A stretch of DNA of 64,000 nt from Laetmonice hystrix (GCA_965235115.1 OZ249440.1:32428001-32492000), one strand, 5' to 3'; positions 23,815 to 36,590 are shown, numbered from the stretch's first letter. Translations and numbers: made by a program. The notes: a model not told the origin generated them from the letters alone.

Positions 23815-25930
23815 TCGGGTGGGCCAAAAAATTTTGGAACACTCTTTTCTTGACTGTAACTTCTAGAATCTTTACCGCAATGTCATAATATTTGGAACAT
23901 GATATTATCTCATTAATTGGGGCATGTGGTACAACTTTCAAAAAAATAGGTCAAAACATCGAAAAATAGGGCCATTTTAAAAACTGCATGTCAAAAATTG
24001 AGTTGGCCCCGCTGTGTCTGGAAAACTCTGGTTAACAGCATTTTGTGGTGAAAATTTCAGGCAGATAGGCCAAAAACCCTTTATGTGGAAACAAATCAAA
24101 CATCACGTCGAAAAATGCAATGCCGGAGAGCCATGTAAGTCTCACCTACCTATTTCAGTTGAAAAGGTAATTGATGTGACCCCCATCCTGTTTACTGTTC
24201 ACACACAGCCCTTAGTCTCTTTTTGAATATCCCGACTGACTTCCTGACTACTTCTAGAGTAATTCCCATTTTTCGCTGAATTTTCCCCTTTAGTTCGTTC
24301 TCAGTGAATTTTTGTTTGCGACCCTTAAAGCAACGAAAAATATTTATATCACATAGGGCTGCACTGGTAGACCAATCCTATACCTTGCACCTTGGACCTC
24401 TAAAAAAATCAGAAAAAAATGATCAAAAAAGTAATCGTTAAAAATCCACCGCTATTCCTGACCGGCCGTTCTCTGCCATCTTGTGCCAAGAACATGGGGT
24501 TCCCCACTTGGCAAATGACGTCACTTGTGCGTACCCCATTCCATGTGGCAGGACACCATAGACTATGGTACAAGGTGTCTAAGCAGTGACGCGGTAGCAG
24601 TAGGCACCGAGAGCCGCCAACATAGCTATTTATAGCGCTAGTCTTCGGTCTTTTCGAATTGAGTGCAGCCGATCCCTATCCCGCTCTCTACCGGCTGAGG
24701 CCCTTGCTTCAACAAGCATAGGCCGAACCGACCAGCCGAGGGCGAGGCCCCCTACACGTCCGGGCCGAACGGACTGGCCCAGGTCCCCTACAAGCCCCGG
24801 CACCAAGCGGCCGGCGGCAGTTTGAGCGAGTAAGCGAACGGGCGAGTGACCGGCCACCGCTCCCTCGCTCACCCCGGGCAGGCTCAGCGACCACCCGATG
24901 GGGCTCATATGACGGGCTCATTTCGCGGTGAGCTCAAGTGACGTGATATCTCCAGGAACAAGGCCTGACTGTAGGACTGACAGTCTCAGACTGCAGCTGA
25001 GGGTGACGGTCAGCCGCGAACAGCCCCAAAGGCAAAGCAATGCTGGGGACGGGGGCTGACTGCATGTCGCTCAAGCTGCCTGAGCGACAGTCTATAACAT
25101 TATCATGAACCTCTCCCTGTCTCGACTCCACTAGTCTCCAGTACTTTTAAAACTTGGACTAAAGTCCAAACGACTTGTAAAGTTGTATAGGAGGAGTGTA
25201 GACGCGTATGAAGGATACCAAGTTTTACCCCTGAATGAATGGCGGCAGGGCTGTGGTTCGACTTAGTGACGTCATGAGTCCTGGAATCCCGCTCTTTTTC
25301 GATTGGTTAATACGATGGGCGTGGCAAAAATGGCGGTCTACTCCAATATTCGTGCCTTCTATAGAGCACACCTCTTTCTATTATCGAATTCTCTATTCTG
25401 AACAGCCTATTGGGTTTAATTTTGGGCTGGAAAGAAGCTTTAAGGTAAGAAGCACATGTACAGACAGCTGAAAAGCTAATATTTTGCCTTTCTTTAAGAC
25501 TTTTTCAGACAGGGAATCCCAAATGGTGTAATCCATGGGGGTGAAGTTGGGACTGGCCACCAGTTTTTGGCAGGGGGCATTTCATACATTTGACGTCACG
25601 TCATTCAGAGACAGTGGCAACAACCCTGCCTTAATTGGGACACACACCAAGGAAACTGGGTCATTCAAAGCAATGAGACTCAGTTTTTCAGGGCAGTTTC
25701 CCGCTTAAAAGACGGGCTGCTTCACGCTAATGACCCTGGTCTGGCATTGCAATTTTTGACACGAATTTTTAAAAATGCCCCTATTTGTAGACGTTTTGAC
25801 CTATTTATCTGAAATTTGTACCACAGGCCCCAAATAACCAGATGATATTATACGCAAAATATTATGACATTGGGATAAAAATTGTAGAAGTTATAGTCAA
25901 GAAAAGAGTAAAATTTGTTGGCCCACCCAA
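23815..25930. mobile_element. Tc1/mariner-type non-autonomous element
   Basis: TA|TCGGGTGGGCCAA ... TTGGCCCACCCAA|TA with about 200-bp imperfect TIRs; interior probably contains further insertions. Confidence 0.65.
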
Positions 25931-25934
25931 TATA

Positions 25935-27699
25935 TCGGGTGGATAAAAAAAAACGCCCCAAACTTTAAACTCCAATATTTCAAAAAGTATTGATTGTAAT
26001 TCAATGGAATTTTTCTTACTATCACTTCATGATGTTGTCTCTTAGTTGTTAATATTACAACTCAATAGCTTGGATAATATTTCCGTAGCGCTAAAAACAA
26101 AAATCATTGTACAAAAGCGCAATGCCGGGCTAAAGCGAGTGGTAGTCGCACCAGAGTCCCTGTCCTCACACTAGAGTAGGTGGTCAATCGGTCCCCCGTT
26201 TTCACTTCATACTGCTCTCAGTCTCTTTTTACATGCGCCAATGCACTTCCTGATCTCTGATAGGGAATTATCTTCCCATTATTGGGAAATAAGCCGTTCT
26301 GAACGTGTTTCTAAACGTGATAATGATACGATTTCCCTTAAACTTTTGGTTACAGTCAGTTTCTCTGTAGGGTTTGGCAAATTAAACATCTGGGTTTCTC
26401 TAGAAGTAATAGGAATAGCACATAATTTATTATATCTAGTGGTTCACAACATTTTACATATTGTAAAGCATGCAAAAACTAAATACAGTAAAACCTCCGA
26501 TAGGGAACACCTCTACTGAAGGAACACCTCTGGATAGGGAACACTTTTTCATAGTCCCAAATATTCCCCTATCTTTTAGCATTGGAACAACATAGCCAGC
26601 CTCTACGTAAAGAACACCTCTATACTGGGAACAAGGAACACCTGGGCAAGTCCCAACTTGTATCTCTCCCATTGTACTGGACCTATGTTTAGGGAACACT
26701 TTAGGCCAGTGGCGCCCAATGTTATTGGAGGCATGTGTAAGAGCAGTGTGGAGCCGGCTTCAGGGAGCCGGATCCATGCTTGAATGAACGCTGTAGGTAC
26801 TTAGACTGTTTATACTACGTAGGGCGAGGTAAGAATGGAGTAATTAATCACATTAATTAAGGTTCTCAGTCATCACTTGAACAGGAGTGTCCATCAGTGA
26901 TTACTAGGGGCTGGTGTTAGTTCTGCCTACCCCTACATCAATCTATAACCCTAGCCGTGTTTTATAGCCTGTAGGGGTCCTCCATTAGAAGTTATGTTCA
27001 GTTCATGGACAGATCTCTGCTGGTTGAACACCCACCATGTCTCTCCATAACATGTCAGTCACAATCAGGGTGCTAAGTATTTTCACATCGGCCAAAAAAA
27101 AAAGTTTATCAGTCATGTCTAATTCTTGAAGAAATATAAAGAGCAGATGTTCAGCAATCTGTGTTTCAAATTTCAGATACTAATCTCGAATATGAACTGA
27201 GATATCTCACTTAATTTCTATACTGATCTTTATAATGCTTATTTGCTTCGCATAACACTATTATTATTTCCAATCTAGCACCCTGATTGTGACTGACCCG
27301 TAAGGGTAGGTTCGCTTGTCCGTGTATAAGTCGAAGTCTAGTTAGGGAACACCTCCAGTTAGGGAACACTTCGTCAAAGTCCCCTAAGTGTTCCCTATAT
27401 AGAGGTTTTACTGTATTGAAAACTTTTTTACCCAAGGTACAATGCGGTGCATCAAACAGGTGTCAAATTGGACACCTGGCAGCTGCATGATATTTGACCT
27501 AATTCCGGCATTGTGTTTTTAGACACTGATTTTTGTTTTTAGCGCCACAGGATTAATATCAAAGCTATTGAGCTGCAACTTTAACATACAAGAGATAATA
27601 TAATGAAGTTATATTAAGAGAAATTTTATTGAATTATAATGCAAAGTTATTGAAATATTAAAGTTTAAAGTTCGGGGCGTTTTTTTTTTATCCACCCGA
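25935..27699. mobile_element. Tc1/mariner-type non-autonomous element (family A, copy 1)
   Basis: TA|TCGGGTGGATAAAAAA TIRs; inverted sister copy at 57125-59390. Confidence 0.8.
26486..27413. mobile_element. Pogo/Tigger-like MITE nested in family A copy 1
   Basis: TA|CAGTAAAACCTC ... GAGGTTTTACTG|TA, repeated GGGAACAC motifs; empty site visible in the sister copy near 57400. Confidence 0.82.
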
Positions 27700-27746
27700 T
27701 ATATATACTATACAAATCAATTCTTGCAAAAAGTCTTGTGTCTGAC

Positions 27747-27830
27747 CTTCTCCATTCGACTCCATACGGGAAGCCATATTCACCGTGTCACCGAACAGAC
27801 AGTAGCGTGGCATCGTCTGTCCTACCACAC
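27747..27830 (-). CDS. Receptor guanylyl cyclase exon (cyclase domain)
   Basis: tag|(G)[27 protein letters not shown]|gtcag, 84 bp, phase 1/1. Confidence 0.93.
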
Positions 27831-27958
27831 CTAGATTAAGTAAATATCAAATATTTCTACTTTCTTGACAGTAAACACCACAAACAGGGCAGGGGGACAG
27901 AAATTATTAGGAAGAGAATCTATGCACAGTTCATATTTAATTCTGTCATACACGGTAC

Positions 27959-28151
27959 CTGCTGCACAGGAGCCAGTGTGTATGCCACTGCGCAGTTTGA
28001 CTTGAAGGCCTGGCTTGTGTCTGACTCTGAACTGGGTAAAGACTGCACTGAGGAGATCGAGTGCCATGTTAGCGATCTCTGCAGCATGGCGGTCCCCGTT
28101 AGGCACGGGTAGACCTGAACAGACCATATACGCATCACCAATCGTCTCCAC
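27959..28151 (-). CDS. Receptor guanylyl cyclase exon (cyclase domain)
   Basis: cag|[15 protein letters not shown]...[13 protein letters not shown]...[12 protein letters not shown]|gtacc, 193 bp, phase 0/1. Confidence 0.93.
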
Positions 28152-28204
28152 CTGACAACAAAAGACACAGTCGTGAAACTCAGCCTCTGCATGTTTATCA
28201 CCCG

Positions 28205-28597
28205 ATCCCGACCCCACCCCGACTACCTTGTAGACACCCTGGGTGTCTGTAGTGACCAGTTACCCCCCCACCTAGACTACCTTATCGACACCCTGGGTCT
28301 CTAGTGACCAGTTACCACCCCACCTAGACTACTTTGTAGACACCCTGGGTGTCTGTAGTGACCAGTTACCACCACACCTAGACTACCTTATCGACACCCT
28401 TGGTCTGTAGTGACCAGTTACCACCCCAGCCCGACTACCTTGTGGACAACCTGGGTGTCTGTAGTGACCAGTTACTAGACTACCTTATCGACACCCTGGG
28501 TCTGTAGTGACCAGTTACCACCCCACCCCGACTACCTTGTAGACACCCTGGGTGTCTGTAGTGACCAGTTAACACCCCACCCAGACTACCTTGTAGA
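28205..28597. repeat. Minisatellite (unit about 52 bp, about 7 copies) containing the splice donor
   Basis: GACTACCTTGTAGACACCCTGGGTGTCTGTAGTGACCAGTTA unit. Confidence 0.9.
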
Positions 28598-28782
28598 CGT
28601 CGTGGGTCCCTATGATGCCGTCAAACAGGGAGTAGAGGTCATTGAGGAGGTCGACCACCTGCATGGGCGTACTCTCCGATGACAGCGATGTGAATCCTAC
28701 GATGTCCGAGAAGTACACTGTCACCAAGTCAAAGACTTCTGCTTGTGTGACTTTACCTTGCTTCAAGTTGTCTGCAACGGTA
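28590..28782 (-). CDS. Receptor guanylyl cyclase exon (cyclase domain)
   Basis: tag|TVADNLKQG...[12 protein letters not shown]...[10 protein letters not shown]...HDVYK|gtagt, 193 bp, phase 2/0. Confidence 0.93.
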
Positions 28783-28797
28783 CTAAACATAGAAAAG

Positions 28798-29635
28798 TAC
28801 GGTGGTCAGTTAGTGCCAACGACGTACACAAAAGAAGAAATGCGTTTACAAATTTAAAGTGATGAATACACAAATGCAAAAGCGAAAATGGCGATTATAA
28901 AACAGAAACTACGAATTCAAAAACGCAAATCCAAATTAGAAAACACAAACGCAAAAGCGAAAACGTCAATTACAAAACAGAAACGATGAATACAAATCCA
29001 AAAACAGAAATACAAAATACAAAAAACAAATACAAATTAGAAAACACAAATGGAGTGGTGATCATAACGAAATCGGATTTTATGGTCTCGAATTTGTCAG
29101 TACCGTTTTTTTGCTTTTGTATTTGTGCTTTCAAATATGTATTTTTCGTATAGTCTTTTTGAATTTGTATTTGTCGTTTCATTTTTGTAAATGCCGTTTT
29201 CGCTTTTGCATTCGTCGTTTCTGCCAAAACACAAACCCCAAATGCAGGAACGGCGTTTACAAAAACGATATCCATGTTCAGGGCCTAGAGACAATCAGGA
29301 CGAGTCTAAGTTGTAAATTAGGACAGGGGTGGACAATGACCCTGAGGCTGAGAAAAGAGCTCTATGATGAGGGCAAGACAAACCCTAAAGGACAGGTATT
29401 AAAGTTCATGATTGATCACGAGGGGAAATCGGGGCTGAAGTTTAAATTTAATGGAATCGTAGGAACAGTCCTATTAAGTTGTATTTGTTGTTTCTGTTTT
29501 GTAATCGCCATTTTCGCTTTTGCGCTTGTGTTTTCTATTTTGTAATTGTGTTTTTTTTAATTTGTATTCGTCATTTTGAATTTGTAAACATGTTTCTCCT
29601 TTTGTATTTGATGTTGACACTAACTGGCCACCATA
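28798..29635. mobile_element. Non-autonomous IS3EU-like element
   Basis: TACGGTGGTCAGTTAGTG ... CACTAACTGGCCACCATA termini (TAY..RTA), 6-bp TSD GAAAAG (28792-28797, 29636-29641), A-rich subterminal repeats. Confidence 0.72.
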
Positions 29636-29803
29636 GAAAAGACACCAATTGATCCACGGGAAAATTTATGCTTTTTCTCACTCGTTTAAAAAAAAAATTT
29701 AGCTATACTGATTTTAGTATTGAGCTTGTTCTATAAATCTCTCTCTGTCAATCAACAGTTATGATTTCTGAGATAGTTTGGTCATTTGAGTGACAGCACT
29801 AAC

Positions 29804-29944
29804 GTTGGTAACATCCTGTAGAGAAGGGTGTCTGTTTTTTTCTTCTCTTCCACCAGCTCCTGTGTCCGCTGCTCGACGATCTCCTCCAGGTTGTTAGCAT
29901 ACTTCTCCAGCTTCACAATCATGTTGTCGAGGATGTTGAACTTC
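29804..29944 (-). CDS. Receptor guanylyl cyclase exon (hinge/dimerisation helix)
   Basis: aag|[46 protein letters not shown]|gttagt, 141 bp, phase 2/2. Confidence 0.92.
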
Positions 29945-30297
29945 CTTTGCGCCGATGTAGACAATAACGTATGTTTTTGAAACGGCGTTGAAGAAATTTG
30001 GGAACAGACACAGGGTACTGAACAGAATGAATATGGCCGTAGAGGTATATGCAACAGTTTATTTATTTTTGATAGCAAAACCGTTTGTCTACAGTTGCAT
30101 GAAAGAAATAGACTTTGTATCCACAATAGATTCCCACTGAACCAAAATTCAGAAATTTTGTCTCTCAGATATACTTTTGACATGGAAACATTACATAGCT
30201 CCTAATATTATGGGTACAACCACCTCTCATTCGTTATTTCTAATTTTATTAAAAACGGACTGATTCAGGGGGGTTGGCAGTGAGCCGATGTACTCAC

Positions 30298-30478
30298 TTG
30301 CCCTTGTTGATGTACTTGAGTTTTTTCTGAATGTCTAGGAAGTCAGGTCGGTCAGAGGGGCTCTCAGTCCAGCACATCTTCATGAGGTCGACGATGGCTG
30401 GGTCTGTATCGTCGTCTAGCTTTGGCAACTGGGGCCGGTATGGCGGCAACTGGCCCTCCTTTACGTGCAGCACCACCT
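30298..30478 (-). CDS. Receptor guanylyl cyclase exon (end of kinase-homology domain)
   Basis: cag|(E)VVLHVKEG...YRP...LMKMCWTESPSDRPDF...INKG(K)|gtgagt, 181 bp, phase 1/2. Confidence 0.9.
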
Positions 30479-32030
30479 CTGTGGGTCACACAACGTGTCA
30501 CACAACCACCTGGTAACTACAACCACCACCTATGTGGGTCACACAACGTGTCACACTACCACCTGGTAACTACAACCACCACCTTTGTGGGTCACACCAC
30601 GTGTCACACACTACCACCTGGTAACTACAACCACCACCTATGTGGGTCACACAACGTGTCACACTACCACCTGGTAACTACAACCACCACCTCTGTGGGT
30701 CACACAACGTGTCACACTAAGACCAGGCAACTACAACCACCACCTCTGTGGCTCACACCACGTGTCACAAACTACCACCTGGCAACTACAACCACCACCT
30801 CTGTGGCTCACACAACGTGTAACACTACCGCCTGGTAACTACAACCACCACCTCTGTGGGTCACACAACGTGTAACACTACCGCCTGGTAACTACAACCA
30901 CCACCTCTGTGGGTCACACAACGTGTCACACTACCACCTGGTAACTACAACCACCACATCTGTGTGTGACACCACGTGTCACACACAACCACCAGGGGTC
31001 CGTTCCACTAACGAAAGACGTCTTTGGCAAAGACGTCTTTGGAAAGACGTCTTTGCGGCGCCAATGTTAAAGAATAGGATCTTAGTGGAACAGCCGTCGC
31101 CGCAAAGACCTCTTTGGGCTCAGCGACCATTTCAAAGAGGTCTTTCGGGCTTAGTGGAACGGACCCCTGGTATCTACAACCACCACCTCTGTGGGTCACA
31201 CCACGTGTCACACTACCACCAGGCAACTACAACCACCACCTCTGTGGGTCACACAACGTGTCACACTACCACCAGGCAACTACAACCACCACCTCTGTGG
31301 GTCACACAACGTGTCACACTACCACCAGGCAACTACAACCACCACCTCTGTGGCTCACACAACGTGTAACACTACCGCCTGGCAACTACAACCACCACCT
31401 CTGTTGGCCACACCATGTGTCACACACCCTACCCTACCTGGTAACTACAACCACCACCTCTGTGGCTCACACAACGTGTCACAAACTACCACCTGGCAAC
31501 TACAACCACCACCTCTGTGGCTCACACAACGTGTAACACTACCGCCTGGTAACTACAACCACCACCTCTGTGGGTCACACCACGTGTCACACACTACCAC
31601 CTAGTAACTACAACCACCACATCTGTGGCTCACACCACGTGTCACAAACTACCACCTGGCAACTACAACCACCACCTCTGTGGCTCACACAACGTGTAAC
31701 ACTACCGCCTGGTAACTACAACCACCACCTCTGTGGCTCACACAACGTGTAACACTACCGCCTGGTAACTACAACCACCACCTCTGTGGGTCACACCACG
31801 TGTCACACATTACCACCTAGTACCTACAACCACAACCTCTGTGGGTCACACCACGTGTCGCACTACCACCTGGCAACTACAACCACCTCTGTGGCTCACA
31901 CCACGTGTCGCACTACCACCTGGCAACTACAACCACCTCTGTGGCTCACACCACGTGTCACACTACCACCTGGAAACTACAACCACTACCTCTGTTGGTG
32001 ACACCACGTGTCACACAGTACGACCTTGTA
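30471..32030. repeat. Minisatellite (unit about 50-55 bp, about 25 copies) containing the splice acceptor
   Basis: CACCACCTCTGTGGGTCACACAACGTGTCACACTACCACCTGGTAACTACAAC unit. Confidence 0.93.
30996..31166. mobile_element. Harbinger-like MITE inserted in the minisatellite
   Basis: TIR GGGTCCGTTCCACTAA, flanks CAG/CTG, internal AAAGACGTCTTT palindromes. Confidence 0.85.
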
Positions 32031-32632
32031 ACTACGCATGCAGCAGGTAGTTGCTTTCAACTGTGTCTTAGGGGGCGCCCGCCCTGTCGGTTTGCGGTTT
32101 GTCATATAACCAAGGATCGTGTAATGGTAGGACAAGTCACTCGCACATTGTTGAACGTCGCGCATGTGACAGCACCTACTGTAGTGCCATCTATCCGCCG
32201 TAGTGGGGAAGAAGCGTGGCAACTGTAAACAAGGCATGGCCGCCGCAGGTTTCTTAGCAGAACTTGGGTTGAGTTAGACGTTAGATTACTGCTGCTCAAA
32301 GGGTAGCCTAGATTCTGAAGACTGAAATACAACTGTCCCTTTCTCGTCATACTTCATTTGTCAAGCTTTTTTTGCTGAGCTCGGAGAGTGCAGTGACAAT
32401 GACACTGCCCCTACAGCTACTACCGTACTAGTCTACATGGTCTAGAATTCTACTAACGTTGGACCTCTACAAGTTACAACCCAAGCCGCCTATCAATTAT
32501 AATTTATCACGTGTTTGTCTTTATAAAATAGACAATCTTTACCACCTTTTCATAAAATATATAAATAAATCATACTGGCTACTACTAACTAGTAGCCTAC
32601 TAGAGTCTAGCTCTATACCCGACTACTCTTAA

Positions 32633-33049
32633 GGACAAGTGCTAGTGTGAGGCCAAAAATTTGTTTGAGACAGATTTTTTTTTAATTTTGCAGATAAACA
32701 GAGTATGTTGTCCTCTTTCAAAATTCAGCAAAAAAATGATACCTCACCGGGTTACTTTTTTTGTTAAGAGCGTTTGAAATTGATATGTTCGTCATGTTAA
32801 TTACTAATTACTGTTTAGAATTTTTTTTTACCATTTCTATTTGTCATAACGGTCTCCAAGTTATAGAAGTGGTAAAAAAAAAAAAAAAAAAAAGTTTGAT
32901 TTTGAACATTTTCACTTTTTGCTCATTTACGCCAGTGAAAATGTTCAAAGTCAAAATTTTTTTTTCTCTTTCTCATACTCTGTTTATCTGCAAAATTTAA
33001 AAAAAAATCTGTCTCAAACTAATTTTTGGCCTCACACTAGCACTTGTCC
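32633..33049. mobile_element. Kolobok-like MITE (TTAA TSD)
   Basis: TTAA|GGACAAGTGCTAGTGTGAGGCCAAAAATT with TIR of about 70 bp. Confidence 0.8.
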
Positions 33050-35419
33050 TTAACTAGACTAGGAGGCCTATAGTATTATACTGCTAGTGCTAGTATAGAC
33101 TAGGCCTATAAAAAGTTAGAAAAAATTAAAATCATTGATGCCAAAATGGAACATTGTACGGACTATAGTGGTGATCAGTGACTGGTGAAGATGTCTTGCT
33201 TTTCTTCGTTCGTGGGAGTGGCTCTCTGGACAAAGGAGACTTACGCTTCCCAGTCCTAACTGTTGGTGGGTTGGGAATATCGAAGATGGTTGGGACTGCA
33301 GTCTTCAACAGTCTGTCTTTACTGACGCTGTTGTAAAACATTAGGCCTACGTCCTCAAAATGTTTACTACAAAGACAGCAGTCCATTCCCAGATTATTCC
33401 ACATCCTTATTGAGAAGATCCTCCCACCCATCTTGTGGACCTAAAAATAATTTTCTGTTAATTTTAAAATGATTAAATAAACATATATAATACCAATGTC
33501 AAATGAGGTGGTCTAACTATTATTAGTATTAAAGGATAGGACCTGGTCCAAACTAGTTTAAACTAAACACAAAAAAAAGTCAAGCGATAAAAATCTCTGT
33601 CTAGCACTAGCAGTTGTCTCTACTAGTACTAGTAAGTACTAGTAGTATGACTATGTACTATTAATAATAGTAATACTATTTACTTTACTATAGTAGCACT
33701 ACCGGACCTACTATAGTCCTTTGCAGCAAGTTAGGAACTGTCGCGGGTAGCTCATTTGATCCCCAACAAATTCAGGGTTACCATTCTTAAATTTCAATAA
33801 AAGCTTCTAACATTATAAAATAGTGTATGATCATAATAATAGCCCAGTTCAAAAGTTCTATCATGCAAGATTTTATTATATTATAAGAAAACACGATGAC
33901 AACCCTGACTTTTAGTTAAACACATGGCCCATCTCATGGCCGCCGACGTCACAGCAGAGTCAGACTTCGCAGTGCTAGCAGCAGACATAATGCTGCTTTT
34001 ACAAAAACTAGAAATCTGCTATGATTCAAACTCACAGAGAAGCTTTACACTCATCTCAGGTAAAGGGCCAGAAAGTTTTAGCTCAATCGCACACTTTCTT
34101 ATTGAGAAAACATCAACGTTACATAAGACTTTTGTGACAAGTTTTGACAGCTGTGACCCGGATGATAAACATGATGAGGTCGACATCCTGGCAGTTAACA
34201 TTATGCCAAACAGGAAGCTCTTACAAGGTCAAAATATTCCAGCATTAGAAAAAAAAATACAGTGGAAAACAGAAAAAGATTCCCTTTAAAAAGACATAAT
34301 AATATGTTGTAAAAAAATTTGGACCTTAACTTATCATTGAAAATTAGCAATGACGTTGTTCTTCTGTGACGTCTGACAATGCATCTGTGACGTTTTGACC
34401 CATAAACGTACAAAAACGGCAAATTTCGATCTCGCAGTGTGCTGCTGCTACAACTGACAAAATTGAAGCTATAAAGATAACTGTAGTACCATTCGATCGG
34501 GAATTTAATTTTGAAACCAGCATGCAAGTTAGAATGTGTCAAGTTGAATACGATGACCGCAGCGACACATTTACTGGTGCAGAGTCAAGGAAAATGGAAA
34601 ATTTCGGCAAGTTTTTGTAGCTCTTCACACACTGCTAGCTTGTAGGATTTGAAGATTAGACAGATGTCATGTTGTGAATTACGTAGATCTAAGTCTAAGG
34701 TCTAGAATGGTGTTTATTTGAATACTGTAGACCCAATAGTTTTTGAGATATTAGCACCGGCACAAAAAATGTCAGGGCAACATGATGTTTTAGTTCCTAA
34801 CTTGGTGACACGTGCTATAGTACAGTACTACGAACGTTGGTAGTAATACTAAACCATAACAATTACAGTATACAAGTTTCATAGCGGTTATAGCCTAAAT
34901 ACTCTGTCCTTTGACTTTGACTAGGCGAGTGAACCCCCTATTATCGCCCATAATCCGCCGATTACAAAATGTCAATATACCATAGTTCTATTGATGTATG
35001 CCTCTATACTTACTCTGTTACTTACCGATCTTTTCCTTGGGAAAACAGAAAAACTCAGACGTTAACGACATAGCACTGCACTTTATAGTACAATTATAAA
35101 ACTTGGCATGATTGTTCCTTAGCCTTAGGTCAAGTGAACAGAATTTATCATAAGCTCCACCTCGAAATATGCATAATTACCTCCTAATTAGCATAAAAAA
35201 TTAACCCAAAATCAGAGGAAATGCCCAAATCGGCCCCCTAGTAGGCCGATTCTGACAAAGTTAAACTCTACTGTATGTATTGTGAGGGTGAGGAATCGAT
35301 TTATGATACTCCCAAAATTATCTTACCTCAAGGTCACGTGATAAAAGGTCATTTTAAGTTTAAATGACCACCAACACGTCAAAATCGCCTATGTAAGCCC
35401 CCAGTAGTCCGCCACCTAA

Positions 35420-35655
35420 CTAGTGATTAGTTCCCTATATACCCCACCTACCTGTAATGATTAGGTCCCCATATACCCCACCTGCCTGTAATGATTAGGT
35501 CCCTATATACCCCACCTGCCTGTAATGATTAGGTCCCTATCCACCTGCATGTAGTGGTTAAGACCCTATATACCCCACCTGCCTGTAGTGGTTAGGACCC
35601 GATATACCCCACCTGCCTGTAGTGGTTAGGACCCTATATACCCCACCTGACTGTA
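35420..35655. repeat. 37-bp minisatellite
   Basis: CCCTATATACCCCACCTGCCTGTAGTGGTTAGGA-type units; related sequence inverted at 9935-10060. Confidence 0.8.
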
Positions 35656-36190
35656 TTTTTCTTTTGAAATGCACGGGCATCAGGGGTAACCCAATTACTT
35701 TGACAATGTCCCTAAAGAGAAAAGTTGTATAGTCCTCTACAGGAATCGAACCCCGGCCCCAAGATTACTGCACCCATTCGCATAGCATAAGGTGTCGACA
35801 CCCATGCCCATTAGGCCACCGCCACTCCCCTAAAAAAGGAGCTTTGGTGGTCGAGCAGGACAATGGACCCTCCCCCCTACACACATCTTCCGAAATGAGA
35901 CGGAATCCATATTTTCCTAGATAGAGCTACACATGATTTCTACCAAACATTGACTGTTAAGGTAATCCTGGCACTGGCGTAAACTGTATTTTTCTTTTGA
36001 AATGCACGGGCATCAGGGGTAACCCAATTACTTTGACAATGTCCCTAAAGAGAAAAGTTGTATAGTCCTCTACAGGAATCGAACCCCGGCCCCAAGATTA
36101 CTGCACCCATCCGCATAGCATAAGGTGTCGACATCCATGCACTAGGCCACCGCCACTCCCCTAAAAAAGGAGCTTTGGTGGTCGAGCAGG
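35650..36190 (-). repeat. Direct duplication (about 210 bp x2; 35650-35860 and 35982-36190) of a tRNA/SINE-like head
   Basis: Minus strand GGTGGCCTAATGG/GGTGGCCTAGTG (A-box-like) and GGTTCGATTCC (B-box). Confidence 0.6.
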
Positions 36191-36590
36191 TTACCTTGAA
36201 GGTTAGGTTCTGCATACTTCCAGTGGGCTGCATGATAATGGTACAATACAGGGTGTCTCAAAAAATGGTAATCCAAAAACAAAGGGCTTTTGTGACCAGC
36301 TATAGGTAAATTTAGAGAAGATAAATGGCTGAATCATAAAGTACTGTTCAGCTTTCCAGTGACACCATCCTGACCTTCCTGTGGTCGCGCATTGCCGAAC
36401 TGTGGGGTTTTAAAAATGGGACATCAGAATCCAAAATTTACAACTTGGGATATGGTTGAAATTGACACCAAAACAACGCCAAAGATTCGTCAGAGATTTT
36501 ATTTACAGAACATGTAACAGCCATAGGCGTGCCAGTTTTACGTAAACCAGATTTGATGCGGGTACAATCTTGCACCATCATTCACGGACC

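Noticed and set aside
30471..32030. CRISPR-like appearance of the repeat arrays
   Set aside because: Head-to-tail units with no unique spacers, no cas genes, eukaryotic context.
30422..32228. Many Thr/His/Pro-rich ORFs on the plus strand
   Set aside because: They are translations of the minisatellite, open in several frames and antisense to the host gene.
33711..34820. Possible element with CTATAG...AAGTTAGGAACT inverted ends and a 121-aa ORF
   Set aside because: TIR match is weak, the TSD is unclear and the peptide is unrecognised; not enough to classify.
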